This document shows positions 36,001 through 42,742 of a DNA stretch of 42,742 nt, in pieces (position 1 is the stretch's first letter; each line of letters opens with the position of its first letter). The DNA is from a virus. Its lineage: Duplodnaviria; Caudoviricetes. Location: IMG/VR virus record IMGVR_UViG_3300017655_000009, positions 1-42,742 of that record. One strand, written 5' to 3'. The position numbers and the translations under genes were made by a program. Below the pieces are notes generated by a model. The model did no database searches and was not told the origin of the DNA. It was given only the letters and a program-made list of their open reading frames with translations.

Positions 36001-39000
36001 ACACCAATAGCAGTACCAAGTACAGGAATACGTTTCATGAATTTACCAGCTTTACCAAGTATACCTAATTTACTTCCAACAACTGCTGCTCCTCCAGTAG
36101 CGGCGGCAGCACCTTTACCTTTAAATGGATTTAATTTCTTATACCATGGAGTTTTACCAGCTTTACCACCACCTGGTACTATAAGACCACCAGGTATGTC
36201 ACTAGCTACTTCCCCAGGAGTAACCTTTGGTTTTGGACCACGAGGTTTACCATCAGGTGTATCTATATCAGGATCACCATTCCAAAGTTTCTTCAGTTTA
36301 GTTCCAAGACCTTTAACAGAATCTACCACATTTTTAAACATCGGTGCCATTAACCCAGCAAGTAACGGCCATCCATTTTTGATTACAGAACTAATATCTT
36401 TAAGAGTATCCAAGAAGCTTTTACCCTTTTCATCAGTTCCCATTCTATTAGTAGCATCCAATAATTGGATATTTGAAACAGTCATCTCATTAAGCAAACC
36501 AATACTAGCATTATGATAATCTTCTTCAGTTTTAACATTTTTAGTCAGATTTTGAATAGATGCAATTCGTGGAACAACATCATTCCACTTATTGGAACCC
36601 ATTCTACCTATGAATGCACCAGCTTTAGCAAATATCGATCTAGCTTTAAATGTTCTAGGTTTACCACCTTTAGCTATAGCTCCTTCAGCACCTTCTTCTG
36701 CAACAGCCGAAGGTAGATGTAAAGCTGTAGGGGATTTTGGAGTTGATACAGGATTTGCATGTCCTTCATCACCAACATGAGCTGCTGGTGAAGCAGCAAA
36801 CATTTGCAGATTCATTTTGTGTCTCAATCCACCACTAGTAGACATACCCATTCTCTTAGCAGCAGTATGGTTATTAGTGTTTTTACCACCACAACCCATA
36901 ACTCTTACACATTCTTCAATTTTCTTCAAAATATCAACTTCTTTAACTTTCTCAACCTCTTTAACTATTTCGACTTCTTTAATCTTTTCAATTCTATCAA
37001 GGGCACCACCGACTACATATACAGGTTTACCTGACAATCCGGTAGATCCCATAATGTCACGAGTCTTTTTACCGAAGCCAAGCAATCTTCCTACAGATTT
37101 AAATGCACTACCAATCATACCAGCAGTGAATTTAGCCATACCCCATACAGCTTTACCTACAGTAGTAGTTAACTGCCACAGCCCTTTAGTTAATTCAACA
37201 ACACCTCTACCAAGTGCTCTAACACCTTTAATAGTTGCAGGAATTGCATCTTTAGCAAGATTAATCATACCCATAAAGGAATCTTTAAGTAAACCACCTA
37301 CACCTTTAGTGATAGTCCATAATCCTTTAGTTACTTGACCGACGACATTAAACAATCCTTTAAGTGGTTTTACAACCAATCCATCTACCAAAGTAGAAGC
37401 AAATCTACCAATAGATTTGAAGAAATCAGACTTAAAGAATTTAATCATAGAGTTTCCAATTCCGCCGATAGCTTTTGCTACACCACCAATGGCTTTGAGA
37501 GGAAGATTTATAAGTTTATATACACCTTTACCGAAGAGAGTGATACCTTTGCTAAGCATTTGTGGAATATAAGTAAAGAGTTTCTTAGTCTGTCCCCAAA
37601 GTGCTGTAACAGGTTTCATCACCATAGTTTTAAACATATTCTTCATAAAGGTAAACGGACTCTGGATGATATCCAAAATCTTACCGAAGAAGCCACGTCT
37701 TCTTCTATTACCACGAAGACCACGCATTCCTTTAGCTGCTACAGATGGGCTACCAAATGTATCTACCAAAACGTTAGCCATAGTCTCGACGTTATATCCT
37801 ACTCCGTCAAGTTGACCCATAACTTCATTACGAATATCTCTAGTATATTCAAGCATAGTAGTATTATGAGCAGTAAATCTATCATAGTCGAAGGTTCCAA
37901 CAAGAGTAAGACCTCTCTTATCGTCTCCTTGATGAGAATTCTTCACAACGATACCTTGCTTCAGTTGAGCATTGATACTTTGAGTAGATTCATCAATACT
38001 TTTGAGTTTGCTTCCATAAGAGATCAGAATACCTTTAATTTGATCAAGGATGCCACCTCTGGCCCTTCCACCCATATCGCCATCACCAAGGTCCATTTTC
38101 AAGCCACCCTTATCGGATGCGAACATTTGGAGATTAAGTGGAATACGACCACCTTTCTTGTGTGGATCACCATTAGCTACAGCTTTCATTTCTTCAGGAG
38201 ATGGGAGCATAGAATTAGCATTGGAGAATGCATCAGTTAATCCTGCACCAACCGTATGCTGTTGAGCTTGACGATGTTTTTCCATCTGAGCTTCAAAGTA
38301 ATTATCAAACGAATCTCTTCTAGGAGCTGCATTTTCTTTATCTTTAGCTTCTCTCATAGAGTCTCTATATTCCATATCAAATTTATCATCAGGATTAAGT
38401 TCTATTAAACCATGCTGTCTATCATAAGCATCAAGTTTTTCTTTAAGTTTCTTTTTACGATTTTCAATAACCATATCTTTATAATCTTGGTCGATACGAT
38501 CTTTAGGATCAAGATTCATACCAACGTCAATATCATAAGGATTGTAGGTAGCGCCACTCATTCCCATACTCTTGAGTGTCTTATCATCTTTCTTCTTGTC
38601 AGCTTCAATGATGGAATTAGCGAACAATGCCAGACCCTTAGCAGGTGCTGTCAAGATTGCTCCTAATCCTTTACCAATTGCATTGAAGAATTTGCTAAAC
38701 ATATTTTTCAGAGGATCGGTAATATTCTTAGTTACAAAGTTTTTAAGTGGAATACCAATGTTATTATTGAATGTATCAACGAAAGCTTTCTTGAAGGAAT
38801 CTTTCAATTCCGACCAAGAATTCTTAATGTTTTTACCAATAATACCAAAAGCATCTTTAAGAGGACTCATTACATTTACAAATGGAGTTTTGATAGAGTT
38901 TTCAAACCAATCCTTAATTACAATACCTTTCTTAGTAACCCAATGCTTGAAAGGAGATAAGAATTCGTCTCTGACGAAATCCCTAACGTTACCAAGCAAT

Positions 39001-42000
39001 CCTCCAACTTTCTTACCAAATTTATTAGCAGTACCAAACATCATTTCTTTAAATTTCTCAGAAGAGGTTAAGATAGATACAGATGCACCGACCATTGCTC
39101 CCACCAGCGGACTACCAGTTAACATCCCGGTCATTGAACCGAATAATGCACCGGAAAGACCTCTAGGGAGAGCAGATTTAATCTTAGTACGCATTTCAGG
39201 GGAGATTAATCCCTTTTTAAAGTTACCTTTTTCATCAGTTTCACCAAATAACATTGCTTGGAATTTACTAGATTTAGCAGCAAATCCAACAGCGGAGCCG
39301 ATTGTCAATCCGAGTAATGGGCCGCCAGGAAGCAATAAGCTTGCGCCCATACCAAGTATTCCACCAGCACCCATAGCAGGTAAAATTGTTTTCATTTTTT
39401 CTCTAAGCTGAGGACTGATAACGCCTTTCTTATCATCCCCATTACCAAAGAGCCATTCTTGCATTCTCTTAGATTTAGCAGCATAACCAACAGCAGAACC
39501 TAACGTTAAACCAACCAGTGGGCCGACACCTGGAAGCAATAAGCTTGCACCCAGACCAACCATACCACCACCTAAGATAGATGGCATACTGTTTTTAACT
39601 TCTAACAGAATTTTCTTATAGTGAGGAGGAATTACACCAGGTCTTCCCTCTTGATCATTACCGAAGAGGAATTCTCTGAATTTTTTAGAATGCCCAGCAA
39701 ATGCTGTAGTGGAAGCTAACATGCCCCATAGCAGAGGGCCACCTGGAAGAAGTACACTCGCACCCATACCAAGTAAACCAGTAGCAAGACCTTTGGGAAG
39801 GAATCCTTTAAATTCCTTTTTCCACTGATTGATGCCTTTTTCGACATCTGCATCAGATTCGCCTTCTTTAGATTTGAAGAGACTATCAAACATCTTGAAC
39901 GTACTCTTCAATTGATTCATTACTCCAGAGAGTAAACCATCGCCTTTACGTTTAGTAACTAGATTGCCTTCTTCATCTACAGTCTCTTCTTTCGCTCCGA
40001 ATAATCCAGTTTTGACACTTTCCATAATATTTTTAGAGTATTTCTTAACATATGCAAATACAGAAGTTTCTTTATTTTCTTTAACTTCCTGACCATTGGC
40101 TTTCTTATAGGCAGCGCCTGTAAAGAAATGTCTCATTTGGTTGGAATAATCTTTAAAAGAGTTACCTACGTCAGCAAATAATCCACCAGTGTAGAATCCT
40201 TCTTGGTTCTGAGAACCGAGTAAGACTTCTTTCATTTTATCAAATTTAGATTTAGCAAAATCTTTAATCTTTTCTATAAATGGAGTAAATTTTTCTTGGA
40301 ATTTAGTAAAGATGCCTTCTTCACCAAAGAATTTCTCATGGAGTGGATTTAAGATTCTTGTTTCAACCCACTTCAAAGATTTATCAATTGCATTAGAAAT
40401 CCTTTGGGTCATCCTTGAGAAGAATCCACTTTTCTGTGGCCCATCACTACCATCACCGGGGCCATCGCCATCATCATCACCACCGCCACCGGAAGACTTC
40501 TTCTTACCTGGACTTCCGAAGATCAGACTGTGGATCATTTCATCAAGACGATTCATTCCTTTAGAAACAAGGTTTGCAGGAGCCATACCTTGCTTAAATA
40601 CTCGATATTTACCTTTCAGAGTAGCTTCTTTACTAATCGCTTCAATGAATTTTCTAAATCCAGTTCTTTGATTATTCACATCATTTACAGACATTTTCTT
40701 CATTATTTCATCATCAGAATCACCATAACTTTTCTCTACATCATTCTTTCCTTGAGGGCTATGATCTCCAGGAGGTGTTGGAGTTGGACTTCCGCTACCA
40801 CCAGTTCCATGACCACCACCATAATCAGTAGTATCAAGTTTACGTCCAGTAATTCTCTTAATAGCATTAGAACTAGCTTGAATAGACCCGATTTGTACCA
40901 CCTTAATACCTTCAGTTAAAATATTTTTAATATCTTTAAGCAGAGTATTGGTTGTACCATATGAATATTTGCTAGAAACTCTAGGAGCATCTAATCCACC
41001 ATGACCAATACCCAAACCAGATTCTCTCAGCTCTTGTTCAATAGATTCAACAGCTTTAGAACTACCACCACGACCTTTAATTATTTCATGAGCGATTCTA
41101 TTTTGCATACCCTTAGGCATACTCATGAATGCAGCTCTAATCAAACGATATGAACGTTGATCTCGAAGATTCAATCCATCCATATCACTAGCGTGAGTTT
41201 GTTTGTAAGGGTTATATTGCTGCCCTTTAACTGCAAGATGTTCCAAAAAGGTGTCCAGTTCATCCATCATAAATTCGGATGAACCACCACTAACTTTAGA
41301 CAATTTATTTTTCATAGCATCACGAACGCCACTCATTTCATAAGTAATACCTTGACGAATTCGTTTGCTATGGTCTTTCAGCATACTGCTAGATTCAACA
41401 AATTTACCAGTAGTATAATTGTAGAGCATAACCTTTTCGCTTTTACTTACAGCAGCATAGATATTGCTTAACAATGCAGGAATTACTTCAGTTAAAGCTT
41501 TATCAGCTCTACCATTGTATTGCATAACGCCTCTATGGAATTTAGAAGTATCAATACCTCGCTTAGCAGCCGTATCAATACCAAATATAGAACCAAGCAT
41601 TTGTTTGAATGGGCTAGAGTAATCACCCTTCATCTTATTAAATCCTAATATCATTGAAGAAAATAATCCTGCTAAGGATTTATCGAAACTACCCATAGCC
41701 AATTTCAATGAATTAGGCATCAGACCAGATACAATCAAGTCCGAAATAAATCCAAGAGGGTTATTCTTTATGGCTCCCATAATTCCACCTTTTCCACCTG
41801 CGAGCTTAGCAAATGAGGTTGCCATACCAAGAGATGTTCCTTGAAACCAAGTTCCAAAGTTTTTCTTAATGAGTTCACCATATGCCTTCATATTCAAACC
41901 ACTACCACTCATTACATCTTCAAAGCCAGTTGCTCGATTAAATTCTTCTTGCTTTGGAGCAAGGCCGGTTTTAATCTCACGCAATTCAGCTATTACATTA

Positions 42001-42677
42001 TCATAGAAGCTAAGAGTTTTATTCATGTGATCTACCATTTGATTATTCTGAAATTCAACCAAATTGGTAAGAAGATTATTAGTATCAGACATACTTTTGA
42101 TCATTTCAGTATGCATTTGAGACATAAGACTCATTTGCATAGAATTGATTTTCCTTGAGTTACCGACCATATAGTTTGCAGATCTTTCAGCAGAGTCAAT
42201 AATAGTTTCCATCATAGCTTTGGTTCTTATATTCGAACCAGTTTCAGTTGCCTTAGTTTCGATAGAGATGGAATTGCTATCTTCATTAATAGAAAAGGTA
42301 GCATCACTTTCGTCATCATCACCGAAATTGAAATTAAAACCGGAGTCTCCATCTCCTCCAAAATTATATTCTTTCTCATGAGCTTGCATTTCTCTATCAA
42401 AATTATTAATCTTGCCACTACGCAAATCTTCAAATGCGTTTTTCTTCAGATCGTCAACATCTTTGAGAAAAGTAGAAATCATAGTGTTAACACCATGACT
42501 AGTTGTAGATCCTTTTCTCGTCACAAAGCTTTTTACGTATTCAGTTCCAGATCTAAACTGTTCCTTATTCTTTTCATAAGTTCCAACAGTTACAGGCATT
42601 TCGTTAGCCACAGCAGTTTTAGCAGAATAATATAATGATTTACCTAGATTAGCTAGGTATGATTTTGCCAGTGCCAA
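33063..42677 (-). CDS. Tape measure-like protein with lytic transglycosylase and M15 (VanY-like) peptidase domains
   Basis: Amphipathic and Trp repeats; Gly-zipper segments; SLT motifs AETES, ARGWGQL, AYNVG; M15 motifs SGHRS, SNH...AAD, EPWH. TTG start after GGAGGTG. Confidence 0.88.
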   Translation of the reverse strand: MALAKSYLANLGKSLYYSAKTAVANEMPVTVGTYEKNKEQFRSGTEYVKSFVTRKGSTTSHGVNTMISTFLKDVDDLKKNAFEDLRSGKINNFDREMQAHEKEYNFGGDGDSGFNFNFGDDDESDATFSINEDSNSISIETKATETGSNIRTKAMMETIIDSAERSANYMVGNSRKINSMQMSLMSQMHTEMIKSMSDTNNLLTNLVEFQNNQMVDHMNKTLSFYDNVIAELREIKTGLAPKQEEFNRATGFEDVMSGSGLNMKAYGELIKKNFGTWFQGTSLGMATSFAKLAGGKGGIMGAIKNNPLGFISDLIVSGLMPNSLKLAMGSFDKSLAGLFSSMILGFNKMKGDYSSPFKQMLGSIFGIDTAAKRGIDTSKFHRGVMQYNGRADKALTEVIPALLSNIYAAVSKSEKVMLYNYTTGKFVESSSMLKDHSKRIRQGITYEMSGVRDAMKNKLSKVSGGSSEFMMDELDTFLEHLAVKGQQYNPYKQTHASDMDGLNLRDQRSYRLIRAAFMSMPKGMQNRIAHEIIKGRGGSSKAVESIEQELRESGLGIGHGGLDAPRVSSKYSYGTTNTLLKDIKNILTEGIKVVQIGSIQASSNAIKRITGRKLDTTDYGGGHGTGGSGSPTPTPPGDHSPQGKNDVEKSYGDSDDEIMKKMSVNDVNNQRTGFRKFIEAISKEATLKGKYRVFKQGMAPANLVSKGMNRLDEMIHSLIFGSPGKKKSSGGGGDDDGDGPGDGSDGPQKSGFFSRMTQRISNAIDKSLKWVETRILNPLHEKFFGEEGIFTKFQEKFTPFIEKIKDFAKSKFDKMKEVLLGSQNQEGFYTGGLFADVGNSFKDYSNQMRHFFTGAAYKKANGQEVKENKETSVFAYVKKYSKNIMESVKTGLFGAKEETVDEEGNLVTKRKGDGLLSGVMNQLKSTFKMFDSLFKSKEGESDADVEKGINQWKKEFKGFLPKGLATGLLGMGASVLLPGGPLLWGMLASTTAFAGHSKKFREFLFGNDQEGRPGVIPPHYKKILLEVKNSMPSILGGGMVGLGASLLLPGVGPLVGLTLGSAVGYAAKSKRMQEWLFGNGDDKKGVISPQLREKMKTILPAMGAGGILGMGASLLLPGGPLLGLTIGSAVGFAAKSSKFQAMLFGETDEKGNFKKGLISPEMRTKIKSALPRGLSGALFGSMTGMLTGSPLVGAMVGASVSILTSSEKFKEMMFGTANKFGKKVGGLLGNVRDFVRDEFLSPFKHWVTKKGIVIKDWFENSIKTPFVNVMSPLKDAFGIIGKNIKNSWSELKDSFKKAFVDTFNNNIGIPLKNFVTKNITDPLKNMFSKFFNAIGKGLGAILTAPAKGLALFANSIIEADKKKDDKTLKSMGMSGATYNPYDIDVGMNLDPKDRIDQDYKDMVIENRKKKLKEKLDAYDRQHGLIELNPDDKFDMEYRDSMREAKDKENAAPRRDSFDNYFEAQMEKHRQAQQHTVGAGLTDAFSNANSMLPSPEEMKAVANGDPHKKGGRIPLNLQMFASDKGGLKMDLGDGDMGGRARGGILDQIKGILISYGSKLKSIDESTQSINAQLKQGIVVKNSHQGDDKRGLTLVGTFDYDRFTAHNTTMLEYTRDIRNEVMGQLDGVGYNVETMANVLVDTFGSPSVAAKGMRGLRGNRRRRGFFGKILDIIQSPFTFMKNMFKTMVMKPVTALWGQTKKLFTYIPQMLSKGITLFGKGVYKLINLPLKAIGGVAKAIGGIGNSMIKFFKSDFFKSIGRFASTLVDGLVVKPLKGLFNVVGQVTKGLWTITKGVGGLLKDSFMGMINLAKDAIPATIKGVRALGRGVVELTKGLWQLTTTVGKAVWGMAKFTAGMIGSAFKSVGRLLGFGKKTRDIMGSTGLSGKPVYVVGGALDRIEKIKEVEIVKEVEKVKEVDILKKIEECVRVMGCGGKNTNNHTAAKRMGMSTSGGLRHKMNLQMFAASPAAHVGDEGHANPVSTPKSPTALHLPSAVAEEGAEGAIAKGGKPRTFKARSIFAKAGAFIGRMGSNKWNDVVPRIASIQNLTKNVKTEEDYHNASIGLLNEMTVSNIQLLDATNRMGTDEKGKSFLDTLKDISSVIKNGWPLLAGLMAPMFKNVVDSVKGLGTKLKKLWNGDPDIDTPDGKPRGPKPKVTPGEVASDIPGGLIVPGGGKAGKTPWYKKLNPFKGKGAAAATGGAAVVGSKLGILGKAGKFMKRIPVLGTAIGVGTLGMSAYNLSKANTEEERDSAKKSIWGTLGGIGGGIAAGAGLGALGGSIVPGAGTVVGGLVGGVAGAFLGEAGVRKLYEKKDEIADWTKEKYGQIKNFTVDTASAFWNSAPVETVRNLTTGFVNMTSEILSGVYDAGAEVLKSLGALTGRLWKKFTKFVSEKWDSWIVEPVKKFGEWIKDSWGKAKDWVAEKWDSWIVQPVKDFGEWIKEAWNTSKEWIGEKWNSWIVDPLEKFGNFVSEKWTAAKTWLGEVWEEYVPEPVKEFVGFVGDSFKTIGDWVGQKWDSWIAKPISRALGAIREGFVGVGDWIGEKWNDWIVSPLKNFGTGMKNLWNKTTTWVGDMWDNIFGDRGKSAKEAMESTGESIGDDTRKAGSKLSRWLDSMAVADEKGGGDPTFDRRNDLSYAINGAISGTDATASDLGMIKSIADKFGINPHLWLALAETESHLYSKAANSSSSARGWGQLLEGTAKGIYEKTLKLGSYNHDMAFDKNTNATMSIAYLRQMFDMFNGDGAKAILAYNVGPGNVQKGIGVNDNGGYGAGHGSEYLQKVLRNLKENTGMDLKDVVDPSKMSSVDYAMLGATSGAGAGVNAATSGGLKEYTMASTLGAMGTFLGGDKVKEMYGFDPSEFTSSLDKELMKKSDPFYAAIMSGGAVGAAGGDYNAATKTYTNSEINAVKSRNSSNYSMVTGDNDVHEFVAERLNNLAKAYGKPLSINSGHRSDAEQLELIAKWKAEHPGASEAERKKWVADPGRSNHAVGIAADISGWIQQLSVSELAKYGLYRPMDWEPWHFEPIETKLYGRSRDELMPIYGTPMTPNPNLGKYISSEFGGGSGGSKALNTTGINVPAWLNESGGGDPAYDNKFGPPDITQYTQRVQDVVDNNTKDSNETYFVKMIELLTVIANGIEKLVDISDESKEILKAYFGNISKQYPTSKQPKQSKPIVANTSPTPSNPVGGSATKRNDKSSVVAQIAKGTFM
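34974..35513 (-). repeat. Six 30-aa (90-nt) Trp-rich repeats within TMP
   Basis: KWDSWIVEPVKKFGEWIKDSWGKAKDWVAE and variants; CCAAGAATCCCATTTTT recurs at multiples of 90 nt. Confidence 0.85.
39030..39800 (-). repeat. Four Gly-rich hydrophobic hairpin repeats within TMP (approximate bounds)
   Basis: GAS.LLPG.GPL.G...S...A..S.KF...LFG repeated about every 63-70 aa. Confidence 0.8.
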
Positions 42678-42698
42678 TTATATGCACCTCCCTTAAGT

Positions 42699-42710
42699 TA
42701 TTAAGGTGTT
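42699..42710 (-). promoter_or_regulatory. Late-type promoter AACA-CCTTAA-TA for TMP
   Basis: Exact AACA-N6-TA match upstream of the SD. Confidence 0.7.
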
Positions 42711-42742
42711 TCCAAGATCAAAACAAAAAAAAAATAAAAACC

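Noticed and set aside
33015-42635. Many long plus-strand ORFs (e.g. 34699..35718, 37335..38240, 38572..39411)
   Set aside because: Shadows of the TMP reading frame with no SD or recognisable motifs.
1-42742. tRNA or rRNA genes
   Set aside because: Intergenic gaps are short and explained by terminators, promoters or small ORFs; no cloverleaf seen by eye, and a tRNA scan was not run.

Overview
This window is 42.7 kb of an AT-rich jumbo phage genome, inferred to belong to the phiKZ/AR9(PBS1)-like lineage that encodes its own RNA polymerases. The host is inferred to be a Firmicute from the Bacillus-type Shine-Dalgarno sequences, SH3b domain, AbrB gene and L27/Prp-type motifs. Replication and recombination genes: gyrB, gyrA, a Dda/RecD-like helicase, a DnaB-like helicase, an SbcD/Mre11 nuclease, a PD-(D/E)XK nuclease, an HNH-like protein, RNase HI and a short PolB-like palm protein. 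It also encodes a split RNA polymerase beta'-like fragment, a Ser/Thr-kinase-like protein, baseplate/tail proteins, and a 3204-aa tape measure protein (TMP) with lytic transglycosylase and M15 peptidase domains. Two phage promoter classes recur: an ATATATATTATTAT early-type motif (7 copies, all minus strand) and an AR9-like RACH-N6-TR late-type motif (12 copies). There are 13 intrinsic terminator hairpins. Top hypotheses: (1) three unrelated late proteins share an N-terminal [VI]xxxLx[AS]ILEG[TA] leader, one visible only with an ATT start, suggesting a capsid-targeting/cargo system; (2) the TMP has two internal (L/M)NLQMF-A motifs resembling host Prp cleavage sites, plus GGGDPxxD motifs flanking its muralytic cassette, suggesting a processed polyprotein; (3) a small protein between gyrB and gyrA carries terminase-like motifs; (4) an AbrB-family gene was missed by the ORF track. 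All family calls come from motif recognition by eye; no searches were run.
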